From positions 1 to 24,462 of the IMG/VR virus record IMGVR_UViG_3300048023_000141: a stretch of DNA of 24,462 nucleotides; one strand, 5' to 3'. This stretch comes from a virus. Lineage: Duplodnaviria > Caudoviricetes. The notes below the pieces were generated by a model that was not told the origin of the DNA, made no database searches, and saw nothing but the letters and a program-made list of their open reading frames with translations. Positions 12,001 through 19,500 of this stretch are shown here, piece by piece (position 1 is the stretch's first letter; each line of letters begins with the position of its first letter). The position numbers were made by a program, and so were the translations under genes.

Positions 12001-13819
12001 AGATGCAGATGCTGGAACAAATGTAATTACAAATGTATCAGTTACATCTGCTGGTAAAACACTTGCTGATATTAAGAAAGGCGATGCAGTTACTGTTGTA
12101 ACAGATTTATCACCTCTTGCAATGGATCAAGATACTGCTGTTGACTTTATCTTTGGTGGTGCTATCTACTTAACAGATAAAATTATTGGTTCAACACAAA
12201 CAACTGGAACTACATTCAAGGCAAATAGGAATGAAAGATTAACCATCAACGATGGTAATAATAATCCTACATTTGATGTTGATTCATGCACAGGTACAAC
12301 AGTAATAGGATCTCATGCTGGTAGATTTGATGTTAACTTAGCATGGTCTAGCAGCGGTAGTATTCTTACAAATGCTAATTTACCAACAGCGTTGAATGCA
12401 CCAGAGATAGTCACATATGGTTACTATGCAGATCCACAATCAATACAGGCAAATGGTCCTAGCACAACTATAGCGTCAGCGACTGCTACTGGTAACAGTG
12501 CAACTTTACTACAGATTCCAGTACAACAACTTGGAGAGGGATCTGGTGCATTTGCAGTCGGTGATCTAATCGCTGTAGGACCTCTAACATCATTCTCTAG
12601 TAACACTGGTCAACTTGAAATGATGACGATTAGTTCTATTGTGACTGGTGCAGTTCCTACAATTATTGCTACCATAGCACAAGAAGGAACAGTTGCAATG
12701 AGTCATGGTGTTGGTGACGTTGTTAGAAGAATCATCAAACACGAGACACAATCTAATGTAATTGATGCTCAAATTAGACAAAGAGCAGTCGCTGGTGTTA
12801 ACACTGATTATCTCTCTGTAATAATAGAGAGAGGATATATCTCACAACAAAAACTAGATTACAAACAGTGGTTGAGATTTAGAAATACAACTACTGGAGT
12901 TGAAATACTAACTCATGTAAATGGTAGGTTGTATGGTAAGACTCATACAACTCAGATGAATGAGCAACTTGGTGATGGTGCTAAATCATACAGAAATGGT
13001 AGGTTAGACGTAACTGATAATCTAACATTATCTGGTGGTAACTTCGTAATCTACGATAGTGTTAAACAAACCAAACTATTCCAGTTTGTTAATGATGACG
13101 GACATGCAGATCACTCAGGTCTAATTAATTGGGATGCTGGTGTGATAGCAAGAGGTGACTTGTTCTTATATCCAACATCTTGCCCAGAGAACGTTATTAC
13201 ATCACTAGCATGTGAACCATCATTCTCTGTTGATAACTTAGGAAACGTAACTGCTCTAACAACATTGACAGTTACAGGTGTAGCAACACCAACTCCAACA
13301 ACTGCTGATGTGTTCTCAGTAAGAAATCTTGGAATAAATGGTGGTAGTGAATATACTGTCAAGCAAAATCGTTCGATTGATGCATTTGGATTACAAAACT
13401 ACACTACATCAAGTGGTGCAAGACATGCTAGATACTTATCAGCAGCATCACCAGAAGCAGATCTAACATTGATTGCAAATATAGTTTACATGGTAAACAT
13501 ACAAGCAACACAAACATTAATCGTTACACTGCCAGCTGCACCACAAACAGGTGACATTGTAAGAATGATTGATGTAGGTGGTAATTTGAAGTATGATACA
13601 ACATTAGTTCTTAGAACTCCTGAGACTAGTGGAACACCAATACAAGGTGATTCAACAGGAACACTATTTGGAGATAGATTAACTCCATATCCATCTGGTG
13701 AACTTGTAGTACAAACTCCAAATGCAGGATTTGCACTAATATATCTTGGATCTGTTGATAGTAATGATCAAATAGGCATACCAACCAGTGTACAAGGTTG
13801 GTGGTTAATGGAGGTATAA
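2..13819 (+). CDS. Giant virion structural / fibre-like protein of T4-like cyanophage, 5'-truncated by the window (>=4605 aa)
   Basis: The frame of ORF 386..13819 has no stop from base 2 (SVYHPVFYHPTDSQTNSQSRLADAFRLI...), so ATG386 is internal. Thr/Gly/Ser/Asn-rich and multi-repeat. Contains an RRPSIARAGNHTFEYLGFGPGNYSTGLP...GGIVFYTGINSQGDLYIGN block, which I recall from giant myovirus virion proteins. Ends in a T4 gp9/gp10/gp34-N-like module (VTLPAAPQTGDIVRMIDVGG...GWWLMEV). Lies directly upstream of tail-collar genes. Confidence 0.88.
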   Translation, partial: SVYHPVFYHPTDSQTNSQSRLADAFRLIRRNSSEIRDKALAQIAVDHPNFVIDGDSAVDGGSRFASAYRLIKFNRDQIVDTALAETTVQHPDYFFVGDQQTDARSRYADGYRLIVQNRTEIVNTAWANMLVSYPNHGAYEVKCKRDLGIFIDAIGLDLFVGGNKYSRTFIQEYFTSSGSWISGGLQGEESQSIEAFNQARDQMKLAVANQLSIQDLSVTPGPAQYNGGGGDIANNNSGACDDVQSAIVTLTNIVTTQVAAGNLNALPSETSYISGPGEEKCRRDIGIFVDSLALDLFCKGNVYSHRFAAEFFTDATTPEFSFNSGVYNTNFNKAAEMIKKAITNQLYFKDNGTQGAIDRTADNAPGSDYGQVSKNFTPHGAAYTASTGDLILDIANHGLSVGDMIKIADNALTFTCGMDGNYSNHTYPRTTDPASGQYIQITSATTDSITVNVGPSPLVSFTPTAGTYDAATGLLVLTIGTHSLTTGTNIKIADNSLKFKCSMDDYGTVHTYPRVTDPVSGESIEITAVTSDSITVNVGQSPLVQFTPTNASFTPTTGIMELTIGDHSLRGADRYSPSNAAYNPTTGIMTITVADHGFVNGNVVRIDDDALTFTCGQDSNVTNHSYPRSTDPVSGMWIPISNVTQNTFDVQVLASTPSTNETPHAFVSAAANSVTFPRDSIKLADGAVTFTCDQDSNATNHSYPRTTVETATVTGADYDPQTGVMEITIANHGIKNNEQIKFADDSLTFTCLQDNNGTNHTYPRSTDPVSDKWLKVFNAQTNTFQVQVLDNFPSTNITTHTFVSATTNGLSFKKDPFYDNSIYIEEVPSTAATVTNATYNGATGVMVITSAGHGLSNGNKIKFELGSLTFSCTKDGNASNHSYPRITDPSYDEWLTVSNKTNDTFEVSVGISGPNDQYDHTFVSATASGLLKQSGTIKLFIGVSSNTTTHAFVSAVANSVKTGGTYTHVWAGADANAVASGGDYSHTFVSASANAVNFGGNTENELTDAQQFLCSDVQSAVDSLTSIITTILANGNLSTMPIEVNYGTGRGPGEIKCARDLGYFIDAISVDMYHEGNKHTREYTEQYFTNATTPLPNGLQGEESESITAYNTALNEMKKAITNQLYYKDLTVTEGGSTYAGSTTDVGTPTNVTYDATTGTLVTTITGHGLANGDKIKFLENSLVLSCTMDGNTSNKSYPRPTDPTFNTWLTVANKTNDTFEVNVGTSPLVTYTPNTGTTYDPNTGLMVLEIGNHDLTAGTSIKIAANSLTFTCDQDNNATNHTYPRASDPFYDTAVNIQSVTGTTITIQVLSTVPSTNTTPHTFVSATAGAVIAGGNYVHTFVSATTNAVRKQNSAITSRTSSSACSDVQSAIDTLGTIVTDAIAAGNITGGIWNNAANAGTLIPGEEKCRRDLGIVVDAVAQDLWFGGNEFTIASTKEYFKGNQLIANGVDNEVAPSVTAFKRAEDLMQRALNNQYYDRDLNITLDTIGDPPIVGDIECDAHDMVIANQLFIAKEAYERMKAAYPSYTPSTGNTAQDCLDDIYDVLRDVMWDVKFGGNYKTYSIAKGYITNDFNGKTYPQIIQDVERDEVAKVFQEVKNIAIQVIKNEAVTVSSGNTLTQIIDNTIVDDWDAEELLPKCGSAVAAVDTLMGIIVQAIGTDAGVGNLTGIQRTTADGADPGWNTALNILSATATSITVNVGASPAGEQYAHTFVAAQSGAVVSGGNYDHTFVSSTSGSVSVVGGSTITPANATYDATTGIMVLYFGSKHGVTTSNQISIGANTLTFTCSMDQNSSSKTYPRSSDPISGQNINPTAVTDYSISVNVGTSPLVEFNVTNAVYDQTTGSLALTIGQHTLPTGTSIKLKEESLIFTCTKDQNKTSHAYPRSAGKYQPTAYQDGNCSDVLATVNALVDILCNSIDDGNLNNLPPLSTGEWDCANVRASIETLFDILNDAIGGGTLAGLPPLNTGDFTINNEASKCFRDVTYIVDAVVNDLRLGGNLNSIQAGEAYYVGNNLEYIDGEKTETLDAWNYVGQMATAAMRNFDVLAYNCTTTSGSAIIDVNDTRGVIIGMSVVEYTAGSYRDGDNAPGLLGNSPTPVYTTIPEGTYVKRIVSNTQVELGVNGSRLTEGVTVNALQNSTTIDLYFKYEKGIWADTLPNTVTVGPETEGPEVIADSTVSPTNRECAGTANAIETLVGNITTIINSGLGTVTRQEQTVNTALLSSRATLFTIDVAGTGPSNPHDFETGTPVRLVPRPRFDQVTGRYVDVDKRLVRLPNGFETNRTYYVIAPGRVTQPENYGGTTLFNGSDQTRLMLATSKENAAAGIYIYASETDSIDKDVEIDLYQFVLDDKYDLHNYSAELTNTVNAGIMTNVSHIFDVPNAGTTPQKAFIRAVEGGLLPLVATTYANDPQVAVIDPQNAAIGRINPNVEFFTRYQNSKVITIHKTHADAINNVNPITFAAGQSGTKFFVYANKRRSPMKFDPGFTDATATNGKWYIQCKDEVTGQPDNVKKNNIFWRIGESDYSDRQRSTDMWYQRLEDTRDKDERTYKIRMVIPSYLENARDPINGFVIKTRTDDTRKLVPQKIVLKPVVGTVYGARFQNPVDASEFIGDTTGTYDPFRRDTTGAGIEYRSFAKFTSGIQATIQSGRKIKDILDESIEYLELTVFDHGVDTKNFPGLRNETFTTVKITSPQGGIFITSKVNNLASSTNAVSFAGNSSGLANIHAYYTINGEHYLIIKNIRGGTLEYSEYANTRFTQGTVFADMLEDQDMGKSLPLKTQIAKNNPQFFYKQNGSNVYTITPGDRIQDDAGVEYYVDSVDDVGVIEDTFYIFGYETLQKRISGQQDGIYYLTALRGNISPFPVGAGITNNFKKFKFSQPVGKLYPLNYRNDPLWFNNSGTTQKEKDYYAGLIDPPQVYSAADNYVHGLVTVNDFKGSTTKEMVADLTEQPAFLDRTYTIQAQDGNAASGSEQRKIPIAGSGTVSITDTKYYIELRRPSIARAGNHTFEYLGFGPGNYSTGLPARQEVVLTPDEDFYAQSKKQDGGIVFYTGINSQGDLYIGNRRINAITGEETFIDRATLVDDGDEDDTLGGLVTTFDTPVTFNQNITVVGGDGELVNTFESPITIAVQDSDLTQARDALIIRSNVTSVDPVTQLEQDEGLDRTSFSPPTDGDIRISKNKVQSAIFQFNARGNGQGYMFQTHTVSGVASNITPNQSPLIVDGGSRINSVQFVSYGGVIATTGDVLFKGSEIGKSGSLAWVLANYFSQIANNSIDNIVFDGSNVVKLEFRDFNSGVALTNTEIGITSASQIRIKNFYFDPRLNLTWQVYAAKPGDPFSVTNNYVHFQVIDQIPQSTNPWETIIAGTAQGAVAPTIEFSNSNFKEVGIIGGEALRTETETIGDYKLGINTVARAPHSAYENAFVDNLTTDPLANLDVVGTAFISGRTTADFLQHTQFADRDKTAVDNAFLVGGDSSAPNDISVFRIATTNSGRVGINASNTQLDRALVVVGTSRFTADARFEHDIEVNGDGVIAEIRTSQTTGTFNLIDDATFVGTVNFGSEVTTAYLFNDTTADQFVHIARNSAHSNIWLGATPDSAGTSISKVEIGGAFANQNEDLSYTKIKTRNLRIDGDAWLGFRKGLGETTSLKSQASQVDFFSNTGGPSIINFALNASEINIAGQGGKTTINNQLEVIASAKFNGDIHLCGGVASFAFTGGRAQLGTDIVAHEDGIISQSLFNKNVDILNVLVKQTNEEGYNAIDTAGAGVWGGTSYQSETNTGGTVEPVILPALSGDEYYLPLKLQPIKNDGTPYFGTNDYIIVDSGVVGSGSSATSHPEIVQIVALTRISEAPYYVKVKRRPFGAFGGVLSNHADTIPIYKVNVQFDATWTEQAIDNDTSATDSIYLSEFGGNLTSNDYILVDRDDSPKVPEYIKVITSLAEQQQKLRISNCADPDEDVFVVNSVTGEVTIGNPNIPGSIVTINSSLDMDGGCGTLSSITFTGDADAGTNVITNVSVTSAGKTLADIKKGDAVTVVTDLSPLAMDQDTAVDFIFGGAIYLTDKIIGSTQTTGTTFKANRNERLTINDGNNNPTFDVDSCTGTTVIGSHAGRFDVNLAWSSSGSILTNANLPTALNAPEIVTYGYYADPQSIQANGPSTTIASATATGNSATLLQIPVQQLGEGSGAFAVGDLIAVGPLTSFSSNTGQLEMMTISSIVTGAVPTIIATIAQEGTVAMSHGVGDVVRRIIKHETQSNVIDAQIRQRAVAGVNTDYLSVIIERGYISQQKLDYKQWLRFRNTTTGVEILTHVNGRLYGKTHTTQMNEQLGDGAKSYRNGRLDVTDNLTLSGGNFVIYDSVKQTKLFQFVNDDGHADHSGLINWDAGVIARGDLFLYPTSCPENVITSLACEPSFSVDNLGNVTALTTLTVTGVATPTPTTADVFSVRNLGINGGSEYTVKQNRSIDAFGLQNYTTSSGARHARYLSAASPEADLTLIANIVYMVNIQATQTLIVTLPAAPQTGDIVRMIDVGGNLKYDTTLVLRTPETSGTPIQGDSTGTLFGDRLTPYPSGELVVQTPNAGFALIYLGSVDSNDQIGIPTSVQGWWLMEV
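11..397 (+). repeat. Three tandem 43-aa (129-nt) helical repeats in the giant protein; more probably lie upstream
   Basis: HPVFYHPTDSQTNSQSRLADAFRLIRRNSSEIRDKALAQIAVD / HPNFVIDGDSAVDGGSRFASAYRLIKFNRDQIVDTALAETTVQ / HPDYFFVGDQQTDARSRYADGYRLIVQNRTEIVNTAWANMLVS, starting at 11, 140 and 269. Confidence 0.9.
425..6620 (+). repeat. Dispersed helical Cys-containing repeats (KCxRD...GN and CxxVxxAI), phycobiliprotein/globin-like
   Basis: KCxRD-type Cys codons at 428, 842, 3170, 4229, 4616 (DCLDD variant) and 5939. CSDVQSAI-type Cys codons at 719, 3041, 4097, 4919, 5702, 5810 and 6554. The repeat itself is directly visible; the fold assignment is inferred. Confidence 0.8.
1115..5665 (+). repeat. Ten beta-rich repeats of about 100 aa (Y...TG...HGL..G..IK....LTFTC..D....HxYPR..DP...VNVG...HTFVSA) in three clusters
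   Basis: (H/K)xYPR at 1274, 1529, 1871, 2102, 2279, 2642, 3587, 3845, 5390 and 5645. Closing Hx(F/W) strands at 1991, 2399, 2759, 2849, 2903, 2957, 3965, 4019, 5132 and 5186. Confidence 0.9.
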
Positions 13820-13822
13820 TTA

Positions 13823-15124
13823 ATGCCAAGTTACAACCGTATAAAAGCGTCAAAAGCCAGTCCAATTGGTACAATAATGCCATGGACTGGTAGTACAAGT
13901 GAATCAGCATTGTCTCCAGATTCAGTACCTAAGGGTTGGATAGTATGTAACGGAGGTCAAATAAGAGCAAAAGATTATCCTGTACTCGCACAGGTATTAG
14001 GTAATTTATATGGTCCTGTGGTAGAAGCTGGTCAACCATTCGTTGGTATAACTAATTCATATCCATCTTATAATGATGACGATGTTTTTAACTTACCATT
14101 ATTAAATCAACAAGTACTCATAGATTTAGAAAGTAATTTATTAACAGGACAAGAACTAAGTATATTTGGACAATATGTTTCATTAAATGGTTTTGAGGGT
14201 CAACAACCAGTATCCAATGTATTATCATATATTGATGCACAGTTTACATCAAATGTTGAAGCAGAATTATCAGGAAAAATAAAGGGTATTTCTATCGAAG
14301 ATCCGTCATTTTTTGATACTATTAGAACTATACCAAGAAAATTAGGTATTGAACATACTGCACCACACACTCATCCAAGACCAACAAATAGTTTCTATCC
14401 ATCTGTAGAATTAGCTGGTAGTTATCTAGGTGTATTTGAAGCGGGAAGATTTGATGTTCAAGATAATGAGTATGGAACTGGTTCTGATGCAGGACTTACT
14501 AACATAGAACCATTAGCAGATAGTTATAATCCTGGTACAATTACTTGGACTGCTTATGATCCATCAGCAACATCATTAGTTGATTGCAATAATCATCAAC
14601 ATTTTGGTGCAGCATCTGATGTTATACCAATAGTTCCAACTGTTGATCGTGTTGTTTCAACATATGCATTTACTAATGAATATGTTGATGATAACTCATG
14701 CACATCACAGGTGCAACAACCAGCTGTTACTGCACCATTTCCACCACCTGGTTCATATCTAGGACAAAGAAATTTTTATGTATCTGAACAAGTTCCTTTA
14801 GCAAGAAGAGGCAGTGGTGTTGTACCACCAACGACAGATCCAAACGATTATTATGGTGCAGTTGGAGTAGGAAGAGATTATCCTTATCCTGTTACATTAA
14901 ATCATAATGGTGATGCATTTACGTCTAATAGTTTAGGATCTCACAATCACTTCACGATTGATATATCAATGACTAAAGGACAGATGAATATCCCTACTAC
15001 TATACTCATAAATAATATGACTACTGGAAACATAGAACCTATCAATGTTAACAGGGCACTTAGTGTACAGGTAAATCCTAATACACCATCCTTGGTCACT
15101 TTGTATATTATCAGAGCATACTAA
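13823..15124 (+). CDS. Phage tail-collar domain protein (short tail fibre / baseplate gp10-gp12-like), 433 aa
   Basis: N-terminal collar motif PIGTIMPW...VPKGWIVCNG...YPVLAQVLG..YG...FNLP. HxH motifs (HTH, HNH). C-terminal PSLVTLYIIRAY. GGAGG ribosome-binding site just upstream. Confidence 0.82.
   Translation: MPSYNRIKASKASPIGTIMPWTGSTSESALSPDSVPKGWIVCNGGQIRAKDYPVLAQVLGNLYGPVVEAGQPFVGITNSYPSYNDDDVFNLPLLNQQVLIDLESNLLTGQELSIFGQYVSLNGFEGQQPVSNVLSYIDAQFTSNVEAELSGKIKGISIEDPSFFDTIRTIPRKLGIEHTAPHTHPRPTNSFYPSVELAGSYLGVFEAGRFDVQDNEYGTGSDAGLTNIEPLADSYNPGTITWTAYDPSATSLVDCNNHQHFGAASDVIPIVPTVDRVVSTYAFTNEYVDDNSCTSQVQQPAVTAPFPPPGSYLGQRNFYVSEQVPLARRGSGVVPPTTDPNDYYGAVGVGRDYPYPVTLNHNGDAFTSNSLGSHNHFTIDISMTKGQMNIPTTILINNMTTGNIEPINVNRALSVQVNPNTPSLVTLYIIRAY
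15007..15014 (+). promoter_or_regulatory. Possible T4-type late promoter (CATAAATA)
   Basis: Matches NATAAATA about 110 nt before ATG15124. It is a short AT-rich word inside a CDS, so chance is plausible. Confidence 0.25.
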
Positions 15125-16533
15125 TGGCAGTATTATATTCAAAAGAAAAGGGAAAAGTAGGAACACTTACTGGTTCTATTATAAACTGGTCTAATCAATT
15201 AACATCATCAGATCCAGAGGATCCAACAATATATGAAACTCTTCCTGCTGGTTATTTAAGATGTGATGGATCAGTTTATGATGCTGGATTATTTCCAGAA
15301 CTTGCTACTGTACTAGGTACAGGAACAAATTGTAGATATAAAAAACCAGATACAAATTTACTTGATAATCAATTTCAAGTACCTGATCTTGGTGCTAAAT
15401 CTACCAAGACGTCATTTTCTTCTAACTTAGGAGATTATCAGGATACATATTTGTTTAACGATGCTAACCAAGAGATAACAAAGTCAGGTGTTGGTTTAGA
15501 GGTTAGTAGTAACATAGGTACATCATACGAGATACAATATCAAGGTAATTTTTTCTTACCAGCACAGACGATTGAAATTACTGGTCAACCTGGTTTTGCT
15601 AAGTCTAGTGGTAACTATACAGAAGAGACAGAAGTATTACAAAATCAATTTCAACCACATGCTCATTTCCATGATGGCAAGAGATCAAGAACTGCATCAC
15701 CTTCAACTGAATTTGGTTTATTTGGTAGAAACTCATATACATCTAAATCTACTTTGTGTATTATGCCATGGGCAAATAACACAAGACAAGAATTATGTAA
15801 AGCAACAGCATCTAAAAATATTACTGCAGTTCAACCACAAAATGATTCAAACACCTGTGGTTTCTCATTTTTTGGTGGTTCTTCACAAGAATTATATGAG
15901 TGGTATGGTGCTTGTTGGACTGGTTGTACATTTGATCAACAATATAAATGTTTAATACCTGGCGATATTCCTGAGTTAAATTCTAATGGAAATGGAATAC
16001 CAACAGGAAATATCTTACAGTTTGGATGTTCAACTGTTGGAAATCAAACAGGATTTCCAATATACTATAGAGAAGATCAGCAACCACATACAGGATTTTG
16101 TGGAAACATTCTTTATACTGGTGAAATGACCTGTAAAACTACAGGATCATGTGCTATTGGAGGATCAGATTGTGATGGATATGCTAACCCTGCTATTAGA
16201 GGAGGTAACATATATTCTAAGGTAGGACCTAATTATACACCAAGTCTAGTAGCAGCAGCAACTCAAGTTCCGTTTGATTCACAAGCAAACTCTGTTACAT
16301 ATGGTGCACTTAATAATACTGTGGTTGATGTAGAGGAATTTGGTAATGAATGTATACACAAACATTTTGTTCCATTCAATCAAGAAGCACATACATGGAA
16401 TGTGGTAACAAAACCAACCTATATTCCTGCTGATGCAATAACATCAACAGTCACTATAGATGTTAACACAGAAAATAAAGCAGATGGTTTTATACAACCA
16501 TTCTTAGTTCAAGAATTTTTAATTAAATATTAA
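15124..16533 (+). CDS. Phage tail-collar domain protein with Cys-rich insert, 469 aa
   Basis: TGSIINW...LPAGYLRCDGSVY....FPELATVLG...FQVPDL. HAHFH and HKH motifs. C-terminal QPFLVQEFLIKY. TAATG stop/start overlap with the previous gene. Confidence 0.82.
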   Translation: MAVLYSKEKGKVGTLTGSIINWSNQLTSSDPEDPTIYETLPAGYLRCDGSVYDAGLFPELATVLGTGTNCRYKKPDTNLLDNQFQVPDLGAKSTKTSFSSNLGDYQDTYLFNDANQEITKSGVGLEVSSNIGTSYEIQYQGNFFLPAQTIEITGQPGFAKSSGNYTEETEVLQNQFQPHAHFHDGKRSRTASPSTEFGLFGRNSYTSKSTLCIMPWANNTRQELCKATASKNITAVQPQNDSNTCGFSFFGGSSQELYEWYGACWTGCTFDQQYKCLIPGDIPELNSNGNGIPTGNILQFGCSTVGNQTGFPIYYREDQQPHTGFCGNILYTGEMTCKTTGSCAIGGSDCDGYANPAIRGGNIYSKVGPNYTPSLVAAATQVPFDSQANSVTYGALNNTVVDVEEFGNECIHKHFVPFNQEAHTWNVVTKPTYIPADAITSTVTIDVNTENKADGFIQPFLVQEFLIKY

Positions 16534-16534
16534 A

Positions 16535-19500
16535 ATGGCAACATACAGGAATTCATACGCTAATTATTATTCCGATAAGACTGGAAATCACTCTCCTGTC
16601 GGAACAGTTCTTCCTGTGTTTGCTGATCTTAATTTAGCATCACAAGATCCTGAGTATACATATCCACAACATTTATATTGTGATGGTAAATCATTATTGA
16701 TTCGTGATTATCCAGAATTATACAGCATCATTAAAAATACTTATGGTGGTGCTGCTGCACAAAATATAACTCAACCAGCACAACCTGGTGGTTTAAGAAG
16801 ATCATATATTATAAACAATAAACTATTTTTTCAATTTTATTGGGACTCTACTAACAACAAAGCAAATGTAAAAAGACCATATCCATATGGTGCAGTGTTT
16901 AGATTTTCTCTTGGAACAAATCCATATGGATCATTTCCAATCACTGGTATTTTCAATCAAACTACATTCTATCAATTAATACAACCAACAGAAGATGTTA
17001 CTGCACAAGCACAAACAAATGAATTTGCATATGAGTTAGTATTACCAGATAGCGTTGATTTAACAACAGTAACACAATCTGATTATAACATAGTATTTAC
17101 AACTGGTTCTAATGCTCCTACATCACATGTGATTGATGTTACTAATACAGGTGATACCGCATATGTTTTGACTGGTAATGATAGAGATGGTTCTGTTTCT
17201 GGTAATAATCCTACTGTTACTGTTGGTGTGGGTGATATAATTCAATTTAATGTTAATATAACTGGTCACCCATTCTTAATCAAAACTGTAAATTCTAATG
17301 GAACTGCCAATCAACTTCCAAATTATACTGGTAGTGGTAATGGTGTAGTAGGAAATGGTGCTGGTGATGCAACAACTGGTGTAGTAACACTTTACACATC
17401 TGGTTTATCAGGAGTTACTCTTTACTATAATTGTCAGACTCATGCTGCGATGAATGGATCTATTGCGATTGGTGGTGCTGGTCCTGCTATACATCCTGAT
17501 ATTGTTGTACAAAAATCATATAATTTACAAGATTATCCGTACAATATTGGAACATTTAATCTACCAGATTATAGACAAAGAAAGATACTTGGATTTGGTA
17601 ACGTCAACGGAGCAGGAACATCAACACCAGAGAACGCAATTAATAACTCTGTTGGACAGATTGGTGGACAATGGTATATACCAAAAGATACATTGATCAA
17701 TAGTGGAGATTTCTTTGTTATTGGTGATGTAAAAACTACAGGATATAATAGTATAGCAGCAGATATTTCTGCATATATTACAGGAACTGTCAAGTATCAG
17801 ATAGGACCTATGGATGATTACGTCTTTCCATTTCCACCAACACATAGTCATAGGATGTTGACAGTAGAAGTTGATCAGACAAAATTAGCAGAACTAGGTA
17901 CTGTCGAGGTTGATAAGTTTGCTGTAAACTATGTAACTACTAGAGCAAATGTCAATTTATTTGAACCAGCAGGATCTGCTGGACAGGCGTTAGGTCACTC
18001 ACATGGTTTAATTGGCGTACCATTACAGAACTCATTGACAGCAACATATGGTAATAGTAATGGTATTGGTGATAAATTAGGAACCACTGGTGGTCAACAA
18101 TATCAGTATATGATATCAGAAGCACCACAAATAAATGTTCTATCTGTTACTTACGATTCTGTTACTGATCTAATAACAGTAAATTGTGATGGAAATCATA
18201 ATCTTTCAATTGGTGATATTATAACCATAAATCAAGCAACACCATCAGAATTTAGTGGTAATTTTACTATAGTAGCAACAGGATTTGGACTTGGTTCATT
18301 TAGTGTAGGACCAAGAGATGGAGAAACACCACAACAAGCAACAGCTGGTGGCACTGGTATAACAGTACAATTAGCAAATGGTTATTTTACAGAAACAGAG
18401 GTCGTAATAGCACCAAGAGCATATGTTGTAGACAATACCACATTAGTTGGTGGTAAACAAATACAATTTGATATACCTGGCAATTCATTTGTTATATCAC
18501 AGTCTACGTTTACTACACCACAAGGGGGAATTATATCAGTTCCAGATGCTAGTGGAGGACAAATATCAGGATGTAGTATTACTATGAATGCACCTGGTGG
18601 TGGCGGTGCAGATAGTGACAATGATGGTCAAAATGGCGGATATGCTGAAGTTGGTATAACTGTTGATGGAACATTTTACACAATTAGAGCTGTAGGTGGT
18701 GGCGGTGGAACATCAGGATCAGGCGGAGGTTCTGGAGGTTCTGGAGGATCATTTATAATTCCACAAGCATTATTAGATGATACACGATTTAATTTTAATC
18801 AAACTCTTGGTGACGCTGGAGATAATGGTGGAATACCTGGCACAGGTTCTAATGTTTCTCTTGGTGGTGGTGTTGTTGGTGCTATTCCATCAGGAGCACA
18901 ATCAACAGGTGGTAATGGAACAGCACAAATAAAAAGTGTAAGTAATACTGATCCAGTAACTACATATACTTCTAATGGCACATGGACAATACCATCACCA
19001 GCAGCTGGTGAAATAAGTAGAAGCATATCAATTGAAATCTCAGGTGCTGGTGGAGGTGCTGGTAATGCTAACTCAGGATCTAACTGTTCATCTACATGGA
19101 CAGGTTGGCCAACCACAGTATCAGGCAAAACTGGTGCTAATGGTGGATATGGTGGTAGAGGTGCGAGATTAATTGGTGCAATAGCAGCAACAGCTGGAAC
19201 ACTGGAATGGGATTTAGGAAATGGTGGTAATGCTGGTTTTAACACTAGACAAGGAAACACTGTTGGAGGAACGCCAGGTAATGACCCTGCCACAGGACTA
19301 CCATGGGACAATTGGCCAGGTGGTATTGGTAATGGATCTGAACCAGGTGGTATAACACCAGGTGTTACTGGTGCTACTGGATGTTTATCTGGAGCTGGTG
19401 GACAAGGTACATGGGGAAATGGTGCAACCGCAGGATCAGGTGGTGGTGCATCTGGTATATTTCTTAATGGAGTTTTAATCGCTGGAGCTGGTGGCGGTGG

